Shown: positions 27,091 to 40,422, numbered from the whole stretch's first letter. The stretch is 63,406 nucleotides of DNA, filler included, from Octopus bimaculoides (GCF_001194135.2; 6 parts of 5 records of this genome joined end to end with filler, not necessarily neighbours in it); one strand, 5' to 3'. Translations and numbers: made by a program. The notes: a model not told the origin generated them from the letters alone.

Positions 27091-27249
27091 TGGAAGTGGC
27101 TGTGTGGTAAGTAGCTTGCTTACCAACCACATGGTTCCAGGTTCAGTCCCACTGCGTAGCACCTTGGGGAAGTGTCTTCTACTATAGCCTTGGGCCGACC
27201 AAAGCATTGTGAGTGGACATGGTAGACGGAAACTGAAAGAAGCCCGTCG

Positions 27250-27296
<47 letters not shown>

Positions 27297-27510
27297 ATGT
27301 GTTTGTGTGTCTGTGTTTGTCCCCCAACATTACTTGACAACCGATGCTGGTGTGTTTACGTCCCCGTAACTTAGCGGTTCATTAAATGAGACCGATAGAA
27401 TAAGTACTAGGTTTACAAAGAATAAGTCCTGGGGTCGATTTGCTCAACTAAAGGCGGTGCTCCAGCATGGCCGCAGTCAAATGACTGAAACAAGTAAAAC
27501 AGCAAAAGAA
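27091..27510 (+). mobile_element. SINE family B, full length
   Basis: GGAAGTGGCTGTGTGGTAAGTAGCTTGCTTACCAACCACATGGTTCCAGGTTCAGTCCC..internal (TA)(TG)..AAGGCGGTGCTCCAGCATGGCCGCAGTC. Confidence 0.9.
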
Positions 27511-28149
27511 TATATCTATATGGTGCCATGACGAAGAAAATCAATGTTAATCACTGGTATTATGTTAATTACTTTTGCGATTCCAGGGACAAGTTTATAG
27601 ATGTTTTAACCATAGACATGACCTTAATTGCTGAAGTAGACATGAGAATCTCACTAAGGAAATGTAAAGTATTGTATACTGGTTGGAAATTGTTCAGAGA
27701 ATGAGTTACTCAGAAGCGCCAACCATACAAAATATGAAAATCAATATTTTAAACTTATTATTTAGTGCAGGGAGACTTAAAATCTTAACTGGAAATAAGC
27801 AACAAAAAACATTAGTTATCAAATGATATTATTAATGGTCAGTAAAACTAATGATTATTTGCACATAAAGTCAGTAGACATTTGTCCTTATTTATTTTAC
27901 GTTAATTCTGAGATGATGGATTTTATGCTCGTTATAGAGCATGGTAGCTCACAAAATATTTATCTACGGTAATAATCTTGACTTATGTCCTTGCTATCTT
28001 GTGAACAAATTAAATGGAAATCAGTTAAAAGTAGTCAGTAGCTGAATGTCTGTTCTCGCTTTGCATTCATCATATTCTAGCTTGGAATTATATTTCTATG
28101 ACTAAACATGACATATGAGGAAGTTTGTGAGGAATTATCAGATGATATT

Positions 28150-28350
28150 CTTTTCTACTCTAGGCACAAGGCTCGAAAATTTTGTTAGATAAATCTCAGT
28201 AGATAAACCTCAGCACGCAACTGGTACTTAATTCATCGATCACCGAAAGGATCAACAGCAAAGTCGACCTCGGCAGAATTTGAACTCAGAACGTAATGAC
28301 AGACGATATACCGCTAAGCGCCTCGCCCGGTGTGCTAACGTTTCTGCTAG
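28150..28350 (-). mobile_element. SINE family A copy
   Basis: AAAGTCGACCTCGGCAGAATTTGAACTCAGAACG..GTGCTAACG. Confidence 0.8.
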
Positions 28351-31300
28351 ATGATATTGTGAAAGATGTGATTACATCAAATAGAATGGCGCATGTTTCA
28401 TCGAAATGACATTGATAATGATACTAGTAATTAAACGACTATAGGAGCGCTTTATATTAGAATTAGAATGGATTAAATGAAGGAAAATGATTTCATCAGT
28501 AATTATCTTTTTATGTTTGTGCAAAATTCTAAACTCAATTCTTCCAGCATAGAAAGGGATATGAAGGTATTCAAAATAGTTGAAGAGACTCTCATACTGA
28601 TGGTCTACCATTTCTTATGTAGTACGTGGCTGCTCTGATTTCTAATCATGCTGTATAACTTGGCGGTTTATTTTTCAGTATTAAATGAAATATTAGCCAA
28701 GTAAATACTGGGGAAGTTCATAAAACAATGTCTACCTATCTATTAGTAACAAAAAGTTAGCATTGTGTCGACTCAAAATATATTATTTTCTGGTAGAATT
28801 TCTTAGAAATTGTTGCTTATTCTTAACAAGTCTTAGAAATACTTTAGCTTAATCGCGAAGTATTCAGTTATATCTCAGCTGCATTATCTTTTCGTGTAAT
28901 GAATAATATATATATCATTGACAATATTATTATGTATGTCATACAGAAGTTGATCATGTTTATGAACTGATGATTTTCTTCAAGATTATAAATTAAAAAA
29001 AAACATCGTTAAGAGCTAAGCCAAAACATTGTAAATACAAAACACAATCTTAACTGTGAGAAACTTTTGAAAAGCTGTCAGAAATATTCACAAGATAAAT
29101 ATATCCTACTAAACAGACCAACTGACGAAACGTGGGTAGTGATCATGCTAATACATTTATGCGTAAACGCAATTCGCTTATTTTGATCACTTTCGTGAAA
29201 AGTCTTCTCAACAACAACTAATTGATAACAGTAAGAAAATGAAGAGTTTAGGATCCATCAATTTTGATGGCAACTAATTTTGATAACTTTAACCTGTCAA
29301 TATCCTTGTGCGTGTTTATAACAAGAGGCTTAGACTATATGAAGGTAATAGTAATCTGCTGAGTTGGCAAACCTTAATGGTAAGTGCCTTGCAACTATTG
29401 GCATGTAATCAATGTTTGTTCTGACTCTGTATCTTTTACTACTGATAAAATGACCTGTACTCTAACGAGATTAGCAGGGTTATCTTAAAGTTTACGTCCA
29501 TATTATACTTTGAACATAAGTTCTGATTTTTATCTACTTCATTAGCAATGCCTGGATAACTTGTAACAGGGATCAGAGGAACAGAGGGATATACTTTAAG
29601 GAATCGTTAATTACGAAAACTCTATCATATTCACCCTGATAACAACACACAAGTTACCGAAAATTTATGAATTTATGCTAAATAATAGAATCAGCTTTGG
29701 AGCTTAATACTCTCTTTTATTCTGTTTAATACATTTCAAATCTTCTTTTAATCTGCATACATAAACACTGATATTAGCGTTTCTAAAGTTAATATCATCT
29801 TTACATGAACCCCTTGATAGAGTTGCTTCATTTCTTCAATCACCGTATGTTTATCTTAGTTCCAAGAACACATATTAAAGAACTTATTAAATCCTTCTTT
29901 CTCTGAAATATATTCCTTTGCTACGAATTCTTATTTAACAGTTCTCTGCTACTTCAATATGAAAATGCAATAACAGGCACACACATATAGAGACGCATGG
30001 CTTATTTGTTAAAGTGTCGGCCATGACAATAAAAGCTCAAGTTCAATTTCGGAACCGCGTGGATTGTTGCGGTTATTTCAATAAAAATAGTACCAGTCAA
30101 GTGCCACTACCCGCCGCATTTCCTCCGACTGACATTTACTCGATGTTTCACTGAGTAATGGTGAATGCACTAAGCTTATTCTATGAGCACCTATGTCTGC
30201 CCATGAACACAATGGCTATTAAAACAATTTACACAGTCATGATGTATGCTACAAAGTCACACTCACTTGTATAAACGGTCTTTCTTGTTTGCTATTCTTC
30301 TACTTAATACAGCATACCTTCTGTTATTCTGTGCTAGTGATTATTTAAAATAACCTACAGCTGGATAGAATTGGCATTAAAAGTTATAGTAAAGAAGTTC
30401 TTCATCTTTCTTGGAGAGTGCAAAACTGCAACCGCTTCAAATTTAGGGTGTTAATGTAGATCTTCTTCCAAGGGTATTGTTTGCATGTTTCATTGTATGT
30501 TGTGCATAAAAAAATCAAGTATCACTATCGACATTCTAGAATGAGGTTGGATGATGAATATTTGGTAGAAGTTGTTTGAAATTTGAAAACGTTATTAAAG
30601 TTCCTCATTTAAAACTGGTATCTCGAAAATTTCTTCGCATGATTTTATCTCCTAAGGAACATAAAAAAATAATGAACTCTTTCATGGTTTCACATGCAAA
30701 TTTGTAAATAACGATATCAAATCAAAATTGCATAAAGTGCTCTACTACTACTTGTAACAATATCGGATGGCATTTATATTTTGCATCAGCTATATAGACA
30801 ATATAAACTGGAACGCCGTTGTTATTAAAATTTCTTCTTTAAAAACATATCTTCAAAAAACTATATTTGCATACATATTACATACGCACGCGCAGCTAGC
30901 CACACACATTTAGTTTGCACTTGAAAGGAAATTTCTTGGGTACTTCTATCACGCTAATCGGCGGAATCATAAGAGAGGCCAAGAAAAGAATTCCTTTTTA
31001 CTTAATCTTCGTTCGTACGCTATAATTTAAAAACAAAATATCGTTTGTAAATAATACTGACAACTACTAGTATTTCTATTCATTTTTTTCTTTTTACGCC
31101 AAGTTCTTTGGAAATTTACAGAACAAAGATATTTCTCCGTAATACTTTATTTTTCGTATTCTACATTTCTTTTTATATTGCCAGTTTGTTTTCTTCTCTT
31201 CCCCACAGGTATGCAAAATATATAACAATTTTCTTTCGCTTTTTACTACAAGCACCACGTAGAAGCAGAAAGTGTATGCAGACAGAGTAAGTATTTCTCC

Positions 31301-31793
31301 TTCGTTTCTCTTCGTAACTACATTCCTGCAAACAAAGACATAACTCCGGATATAATATTTTCTGTAATTAGCTGAACGTCTAAATACAGCAAATCAAAGT
31401 AAGCACCGGTGACTCGTGGCCAGCTCGTCCAATAATGTGTCCCACTTTCTATTCCCAGCAGGAAACATTTTAAATCTTGTACATGCGCCATAGAAATCGA
31501 ATGCATTGTGAAACAACAAACAATTAATCTGTGTGTCGTATGTGTGTGTTGTGTGTGGATTATGTTATGTGTTGTGTTGAATGTGTGTTTGTCTAAGAGA
31601 GAGAGAGAGAGAGATAGAGAAAGAGAGAGAGAGGAGAGGGAGAGAGAGAGGGAGAGAGAGTGAGAGAGAGGAGAGGGAGAGAGAAGGAGAAAGTAGGTAT
31701 TCCGATCGAACCAAAAAGTTAGATTTCTTTTGGTTTTGGAAATTGATGATAATATTTATCTTTACGCTGCAACACCCAACAGGAATCATATAA

Positions 31794-31824
<31 letters not shown>

Positions 31825-32084
31825 ANNNNNNNNNNNNNNNNNNNNNNNNNNNNNNNNNNNNNNNNNNNNNNNNNNNNNNNNNNNNNNNNNNNNNNNNNNN
31901 NNNNNNNNNNNNNNNNNNNNNNNNNNNNNNNNNNNNNNNNNNNNNNNNNNNNNNNNNNNNNNNNNNNNNNNNNNNNNNNNNNNNNNNNNNNNNNNNATAT
32001 ATATATATATGCATACATACATACATATATGTATGTATTTATATATACACACATACATTTATATGTCGATAGAAAGTTATAGAC

Positions 32085-32131
<47 letters not shown>

Positions 32132-32213
32132 TGTATGTATGTATCTATCTATCTATCTATATGTATGTCTTTCTGTCTGTCTGTCTGTCTCTGTCTCTCT
32201 CTCTGCATATACA

Positions 32214-32500
32214 TATATAATGCAAAATGGGAGAAGAACGCAAAACATCCAGACAATTAGGTGATACAAGAAAGGGACAACAAAACATCCAAATAGACGA
32301 TACAAAGAAAACAAGGACAGGTCATTTGGAGTTTTCTTTCATCAGTAGTGTTCCAGATTATCTTTGCAATTTCCTCTGGTTATACTCAAGGTTGCTCCAA
32401 TCTGACCAGCCTGAAGGAAAAACTAAGCTAAGGGCATTATATGCTTCGGAAGAAAGCAGCGAATGTATACAAAAACAAGGACGGGAAAAAACGAACAATG
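32214..32500 (+). repeat. Dispersed repeat in a (TA)n context; inverted partner at 33467-33756
   Basis: TGCAAAATGGG..AAAACATCCAGA..GGTGATACAAGAAAGGGACAAC..GAAGAAAGCAGCGAATGTATAC is the reverse complement of 33467-33756. Confidence 0.85.
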
Positions 32501-32791
32501 TTACACAAATACAATAAAAATAATAACAGGACATAACACATGGTCATTTGTACTTTTACCAAATAAAAACATGCACTACATATTCGTTCTTCACTCGTTT
32601 GTTACTGTTCTTATTCTAACTCATCACAATTGTCTGGAAATCTTTTGTCTATGACCGTCTCATCGACACTTTCAGTCGTCATACGTGCTCTTGCTATGCT
32701 TAAAAAAAAAAATGACCATCCTTAAAATACAAAAATATCTGTTTCAACACATGACTTCACATGAGGAATTTTGCTACACAAATTCATAAAC

Positions 32792-32822
<31 letters not shown>

Positions 32823-32827
<5 letters not shown>

Positions 32828-33030
32828 AAACATTAAGGTACTCAGAAATCTGGATGTTTGTACATTTACAGATTTTTATGAATGTCACATATTAAATAAA
32901 GCGCTTTTCACCTAATCGTGTAAGATTTTCAAATTGAAAATCCTACACGACATTAATAAAAATGTCGACATTAATAAAAATCTGTAAATGTACAAACATC
33001 CAGATTTCTGAGTACCTTAATTTTTTTCTA
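32823..33030. mobile_element. ~208-bp palindromic MITE in (TA)n
   Basis: ATTAAGGTACTCAGAAATCTGGATGTTTGTACATTTACAGATTTTTAT versus ATAAAAATCTGTAAATGTACAAACATCCAGATTTCTGAGTACCTTAAT; inner TCGTGTAAGATTTTC/GAAAATCCTACACGA. Confidence 0.85.
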
Positions 33031-33466
33031 TATAATTTCTGTACATCACCTCCGTGGCAAGGTATGGACGGTTGTCGGAGGACCGAAGAAATTATGTGTC
33101 AATGGAGAATTATACGAGGTATAGTACTATACAAAATACCGAAAGGATCTTCACCTCTTATATCACACCTTTCTTCCTCCTTTAACGCCGATGTGATATA
33201 ATTTCCTGGGAGAGAAATAGTTTTGCGGCTGAAGATAGCTTTGTATTGTAAATTATACACTGATATAAAGGTTGAAACACGTGTACCGCAGAATCCTTTG
33301 TATTTTTGTTGTTAATTTTTGGATTTACAATTTATATATATATATATATATATATATATNNNNNNNNNNNNNNNNNNNNNNNNNNNNNNNNNNNNNNNNN
33401 NNNNNNNNNNNNNNNNNNNNNNNNNNNNNNNNNNNNNNNNNNNNNNNNNNNNNNNNNATATATACA

Positions 33467-33756
33467 CATAGTGTTCGTTTTTTTTTCCGTCCTTTTTTTG
33501 TATACGTTCGCTGCTTTCTTCCAATGAATCTAATGCTCTTAACTTAGTTTTTCCTTGGGGCTGGCCAGATTGGACCAATATCGAGAATAACCAGCCGAAA
33601 TTGCAAAGATAACCTGGATCTCGACTGTGGAAAGAAAACTCTGAATGACCTGTCCTTGGTTTCTTTTTATCATCTATGTGGAAGTTTTGTTGTCCCTTTC
33701 TTGTATCACCTAACTATCTGGATGTTTTGCGATCTTGTCCTATTTTGCATTATATA
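33467..33756 (-). repeat. Inverted partner of 32214-32500
   Basis: GTATACGTTCGCTGCTTTCTTCC..GTTGTCCCTTTCTTGTATCACC..TCTGGATGTTTTGC..ATTTTGCATTATA. Confidence 0.85.
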
Positions 33757-33766
33757 TATGTATATA

Positions 33767-33825
<59 letters not shown>

Positions 33826-34415
33826 ATTTGTAACTTGAAAGTACTTACATATATTGTTCATTCTTGCCATTAATTATTAAGAATGGTTTGATTCACCGAA
33901 TTATTCATAAGAATCTAAAGTAACAACATAAAATTCAAATATAATCTTATATTTAGTTTATGAGTTATCATACCTAGTTAATATTTGATAGGCTACAAGT
34001 TAACGTGTGTATCAACAATGACAGAAATGATCGGCTATATTTTGTGTAACTTTGGGTGGTAAGTGTATCTGTGTGTGAGCATATGTTTTTACAAATATCT
34101 GTATGAGCTTTGTAGCACAATCTTGATTTATGTTAAGTGTCAGACTCTAAAACTAAAATGAGAGCTGTTTTAGTCGGCAGTGTAAACGATGGAGTAAATT
34201 CATAAGTGTAGTCGCGTTATTATGAATGACTAGAAATGTTCTATCTTGCATTCAAATGTTTGACTGAACCTTATATGTCTGATTATCAGATTAATTTGTT
34301 CTCCTTTGCCAAAGTAAAAACGGCCAAGAGTGAAAGATAACCTTTTTTAATGTACACACGTATGCATACATGCATACATACATGTATGTGTGAGTGTATT
34401 GTATATATGCATATA

Positions 34416-34620
34416 AGGCGGCGAGTTGACAAGATCGCTAGCACGTTGGACAAACTTCTTAGCGGTATTTCGTCTGTCTCGACGTTCAAATTTCTTAGAG
34501 GTCGACTTTGCCTTTCATAATTTTTGTGTTAATAGAATAAATTTCAGGTAAACACTGCGGTTGATCTAATCGAATCAACAACCTTCCCCGAAATTGCTCG
34601 TCTTGTGCTAAAATTTGATA
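34416..34620 (+). mobile_element. SINE family A copy
   Basis: AAGGCGGCGAGTTGACAAGATCGCTAGCACG..GAGGTCGACTTTGCCTTTCAT. Confidence 0.8.
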
Positions 34621-35502
34621 TTACTATATACATATATGTATGCAAGTATGTAATCATTTACTTCATCGTCTTTAATTTATTTGACGCTTCATTGACTACA
34701 AATTTTATCTAAGCTTTAGATAATTTATCTCTTGTATCACAATACTATTCAGTCTTGAGAACCTCGCTGAAGGTCATGTCGTTTATCTTAATATCGAAAG
34801 AGGCATTCAAATTTGTTTTATAATGAGAGCTTTCTTGCTATGTGCTCATCTCTTCTATTTGTTAAATCTTCTTTTTTTCGATATCATATAACCATTTCTG
34901 AGTTTCCACTGACTGAACTATCAAGCCTCGGCCTGGAGTAATCCTGTGTTCCATTTTATCTCTCATACTCTTTTAAATTGACATCAGTTACCTCATACTG
35001 TCACTTCTAACAACGCAAGATTATACAGAAGTGATATAACGACTTGGATTTTCTTAATATAAAATATAACTCCAAATATGTACATAAGTAAAAGAATGAT
35101 TTCAACTGTTATATTTTTTGTTAAAATCACATAGAATGCTACTTTTTGCTTCACGTTTTACTTTCTCTTGTATAGTTTCTCCTCTACACTCCACCACTCA
35201 GGTTGTATACTGGTCTGATATTGATGGGATCAACAAAAAACGAACTCCATCCAGTGAAAGATAAATATCATTTGATTTACATAGGATTTAAATGGAATCT
35301 ACTATAATGTTCATGAGTCTGATAAAACAATCGTTCGACGTGCTGGATATTAATGTGCATTCATAAATCTCAAAGTAATTTGAGCCTGAATAATTACGTG
35401 ATAATACACGGCTCGCTGTATAATTTCGTCCAGCTAATGTATTATCACAGGCATGAAATTTTAGTTGCTTGTATTCAAAGAATTATATACAGTGTACATA
35501 AA

Positions 35503-35532
<30 letters not shown>

Positions 35533-35533
<1 letters not shown>

Positions 35534-35917
35534 GGCCGTCCACTCGTACCGAGGAAGACCATTGCCGACCTTCAAGAACATTGTGCGCTCTAGGACTAAC
35601 TTGTATTTTGCATTTGCGGCTCCGTTTGTGGCTAATGAGCCCCGCTCTTGACAAGCACACACGACTGCAAACATTGCAGACCAGGCTTTCCCCATTCACT
35701 ATACGAGCCGTGCGCTTTCGCGCAACTCTCTTAAGTTCTTCATGCTGGATACGTGCTCTCTCAAAAGTGTCGATCCCCTCCTTAACCTCCTTCCTCCATC
35801 CGTGGCGATTACAGGCATTGTTCTCCCAGGCTGCGATTTAAGGACTGTGTCAAATCTTCATTAAAGGCCTGTGATATGCAGGACACTGACTGGGAGAACA
35901 ATGCCTGTCATCGCCAC
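35533..35917 (-). mobile_element. 5'-truncated, 5'-inverted RTE (BovB/Expander-like) LINE 3' end in (TACA)n
   Basis: Minus 35829-35533: WENNACNRHGWRKEVKEGIDTFE..CNVCSRVCLSRAGLISHKRSR (C2H2-like C-terminal motif); plus 35830-35917: LRFKDCVKSSLKACDMQDTDWENNACHRH. Confidence 0.9.
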
Positions 35918-35946
35918 ATACATACATACATACATACATACATACA

Positions 35947-35976
<30 letters not shown>

Positions 35977-35977
<1 letters not shown>

Positions 35978-36231
35978 GAAGTGGTATCAAAACGCTGCCG
36001 AACTAGTTGTGTCGCACGTCAACAGATGGCAGCACACGGTTGCGTGCATAGTGAGAGCTAGCAGTGACCTTCATGAGGCAGTGTGCCGAGTGATTCTAAA
36101 AGTATCAGGAACGCTGGGACCAGTGTGTATTATTATGTAAGGTGACTATTTGGAAGACGATGTTAAAACAAGTAAATAAGTTATTTCTTTTTTAAACGCA
36201 ACTGGTCCAAGAAATGTTTGATGCCACCTCG
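35977..36231. mobile_element. mariner-derived MITE (~255 bp)
   Basis: Left TA|TGAAGTGGTATCAAAACGCTGCCGAACTAGTTG versus reverse complement of the right end CGAGGTGGCATCAAACATTTCTTGGACCAGTTG. Confidence 0.7.
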
Positions 36232-36325
36232 AACACACACACACACANNNNNNNNNNTAAAACAAGTAAATAAGTTATTTCTTTTTTAAACGCAACTGGT
36301 CCAAGAAATGTTTGATGCCACCTCG

Positions 36326-36378
<53 letters not shown>

Positions 36379-37168
36379 TTATGAGTATATATATATTATA
36401 TATTATATTACATATTATATATATATATATCATGCATATATGTGTGATATATATGGGTATGTACGTATACACACACACGTACACACATATATATACATAA
36501 ATCTCTGTGCGTGTGTGTGCGTGTGCGTGTGCGTGTGCGTGTGCGAGCGCGCGAGCGTGCGAGCGCGAGTGTGTGTGTGTGTGTACGCACTCAGTCACTG
36601 CTGTGTCGATAGCTCTGTTTTTCAATACACACATACACTTTCGAAAACAATGACTGAATCAAAAACGATGCCTTGAATTGCAATTAAATTTCAGTCGGTT
36701 GACCACATATGTTTCACTTTTCCAATCCTAATGTGTATATTTACAAATATCTTAGTATGTATATAATAAGAGAAGGGGAGGGAGAAAGAGAAAGAGATGC
36801 TTTCAAAAACTTTGACAGAATCAAGGGCAACATCTTTAATTGTAATTAAATTTCAGTGGGTTGACTACATCAATACACTATAATTGAAAAGAAACCCTTT
36901 TCTATATGTATCTCTTCCTTTCCTCTTTGCTTTCTTTCCCTTTCTCGCTTGTTCCTATCTTTCTCCCTTTCTTAAAAAATTTCTCCTCTTCTAAACAAAA
37001 CAAAACAACATCCGCTTTTCGATTTATATAAAAAACAAAGAAAGTTTCTGTACATTGTCTTGAAGAGTTCGGTTGAATGAACAAAAATGCTAGCAAAGAA
37101 TTATCCAGTATTCTGACTGCCTCCTTCTTCTTAATATACAATATCTGTACATCTCTGCAAACATTCTA

Positions 37169-37237
<69 letters not shown>

Positions 37238-37269
37238 GTGTGTGTGTGTGTGTGTGTGTGTGTACATAT

Positions 37270-37450
37270 AAGAATTTGTGTCTTTGTGCCAGTTTTCCCC
37301 CACTGTTTGATAACCAGTGTTGATGTGTTTACGTCTCCATCACTTAGCGGTTAGGCAAAAAAGAAAGATAGAATAGAATATATGCTTTAAAAAGTATAAG
37401 TACTAGGGTGAATTCATTCAACTAAAATCTTTCAAAGCGGTGCCCCAGGT
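37270..37450 (+). mobile_element. SINE family B 3' half, diverged
   Basis: TTGATAACCAGTGTTGATGTGTTTACG..TAAGTACTAGG..AAAGCGGTGCCCCAG. Confidence 0.6.
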
Positions 37451-39282
37451 TAATGATGGAAACAACTAAAATATAAGGATAAGAGATATGTACCGGGGTA
37501 GAGACGGCAGTCAGTAAAATAATTTTTAAAATAATTAAAAAAATAGATAAAATAATCAAAATATTTTGGTATTGATTTGCATTTCCAGAAATTATGATAT
37601 CCAATACTTTGCTTTTTTTTTGTTACTCCTTGTTGACAGAAACCTTTACTCTTTAAAATCCAAGTATATTTCTAATAATCAGAAATCCACCACCTGTTTT
37701 CAATTAACTTGTCGTTGGATTTGGACTCATATAATAGTGGCTCGAATGATACTGCTTATCTTTACATTAAATTTGACATCACACAGGGCTCTCACGATGA
37801 TCTCTCATTGAAGGCTGTGTTATTAATATATTTGCTCTGCAGGTCTCTGATTCATGTATGATCAGATTCTTTGACACCTGACGCGAGTGTCTTCCATCGC
37901 AGCATCCTTAGTCAGTAAATATGTAAAAGCTCGGCAAAGAGACTGATTCTGTATTTGTTTTGTAGACTTGTTCCGTTGCTCGGTTTAACACCAACTCTAG
38001 GAGACTAGGATGCTTTACTGGAGTACGATCTACTCCATGAGTTCATGTAAGATCTTGTATGAAACTTAAAGACCTAAAAACGCTCATGGACATTGAATGT
38101 TCTCCAATTAAGTAATATAAAACAGCTCAAATAGGAGATATTTTCTTCAGCCTCAACCGCTAATACCGTGATCATACAAATATATAAATAAACGCATGTA
38201 TACACTCACATAGACACAAAAACACACAGGACTTCATTTATGCATATTTAGTTGAATATTCAACTTGAAAACACTTTACTTTCACAGTTCTTCAAAACAA
38301 AGAATTTTCTACAAATTGAATTAACCTTTCAATGTTTATTCTTTTATTGATATTTCTTTTGCTTTCTCAACAGTAAATTAGTTCAGCCGGAAGTAAGGCG
38401 GGGCATTTGATAACACTGGAGTCAAAAGATTCTTCAGTGGTCAAGTTTCCTTTGTGCAAGGAAGTTATTTGTTCCAGTTATAGTCAATAGTTAAATCAAC
38501 ATCCTGGTCAAAGAACACGTCTATTTCTACATAGCAACATTATCAATGCAACTAAATACTTTATCTTTATCTGCAACTAATATAATTCAATTAGCTTTCT
38601 GTTTATATAAAATCGTAATACAAAACTGTTGCCGTGTTCTCTCTTGATAACGATTTATGTAAGAAGCGTCTGCTCAGCCTACAAAAACAGAAGATACTTT
38701 TGAAGTTAATTTGCTTTGAAGGATCAAATATATCTGAATGAAGTAACTAAAAAGCTCAGAAATAATGAAATTATAGCACTTCTTTCTGCACGATTGCTGA
38801 ATTCCGATGAATGCAAGTGGTAATGTAAGAACTTTTACGTAATTTATTCAAGCAGATCTCGCTAATATCCTCATCATTATAAAATGTAAACTATATATAG
38901 GATGATATATAGAGAGGCTGAGGTTAAGTAGCACATTTTTTTAAAGATTAAGGTCCACGTATTATAGGAAATACTTCTTAAGTCTCGGCGTGCCTTATTT
39001 TAGAATAATATGCAATTTCATAAAAAGGATGAGAGCACGTTTAGAAATGTCTATTGAATAGTTCATTTATACAATTACGGAAAACCGCTGGGTTGTTTTA
39101 CTCTCAAACATAAATCAATTAAGAGTGCGAAGCAATAGCAGAAAACAAATCTAATGATGCTTCAATAGAAAGAGTTGTGTTATATTTTATCTAAAATACG
39201 TACAGCCACGAAAAGGCGATTTTAGATAATTAATCATGTTCGAAATTGTTTTCTCTGTTCTGTTCAAAATATAATAATAATA

Positions 39283-39326
<44 letters not shown>

Positions 39327-40135
39327 ATGGAGTATTGAGAGCAAAGAGTAAAGAGAAAACAAAGGAATAAGTACCAAAAAAAAACGTGAAGATGAATTAC
39401 GCAAGGAGGGAATATACCGTCAATTCCATGAAGCCACGACGGAAGTTGCTGGAAAAAATATGTGGGATTGGCTGATGAAAGGAACCCTAAGTAAAGAGAA
39501 ACCGTGAGTACTATACTGGCAACTCAAGACCATGCTTTAGCTAGGAACTGGAGGGTGAACCTTAGCAATGAGCAAGTGCCTCGCCGTGCCGCATCTGCAA
39601 TAGAGTGGATGAAACCATTGACCATATCACGAACGAATACCCTAGACTTGCCCCAAACTACTTGTGGCGATACGACGAGGTAGCGAAAGTGTTACATCGG
39701 AAACTGCCCGAAAAGCGGAGGCTAGAAAGAAGGAAGAAGTGGTATGAGCACAAACCACAGAGAGTGGCGGAGTCGGAGACCAGCAAAATCCTCTGGGATT
39801 TCTCCATCCAAACAGATCAGGTCCTAGAGCATAACAGACCGGACCTATTGGTGGTGGACAAGGTGCATCACATATGTTATATAGTTGATGTTGCATGCCC
39901 CTTTGACCTACGAATAGTCAAGAAGGAAGGCGAAAATATTGATAGAAACCTGGCTATGGAAAATGAAGAAGGTGAAGATAGTGCCAATTATTGTTGGGTC
40001 CTTGGGAACAGTATCAGAAGGCATCAAGATGAAAATAAAATAATTGGAATAGATTGCCCTGTAGAACTGTTATAAAAGTTTTGCCTCCTTGGCACGGCAA
40101 AACAGTTCCTATTATAGAAGGCGCTTAGGCATGAT
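39327..40135 (+). pseudogene. R4/Dong-like non-LTR retrotransposon C-terminal fragment (CCHC knuckle and restriction-like endonuclease)
   Basis: WDWLMKGTLSKE..ILATQDHAL..CRICNRVDETIDHI..WYEHKPQRVAES..KILWDFSIQTDQVLEHNRPDLLVVDK..IVDVACP..VPIIVGSLGTV..LLGTA; starts right after (ATA)n(ATG)n. Confidence 0.85.
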
Positions 40136-40293
40136 AAAAAAAGAACATTTGGACAAATGCATAACAAAATCACCAGTACTTACAAGTATATATCGCATAC
40201 AGAAAATAGCACAACCAAGCACCGTACATGCCCAATGCATACAGAGCTGCGGTCAGTAGTGTAGTGAAGACACATGATAAAAATAAGGTTACA

Positions 40294-40305
40294 TAATGAT
40301 AATGA

Positions 40306-40379
<74 letters not shown>

Positions 40380-40422
40380 ATAATAATAATAATAATGATG
40401 ATAATAATAATAATAATAATAA
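40294..40422. repeat. Compound (CTA)n(TAA)n microsatellite
   Basis: Directly visible. Confidence 0.95.
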
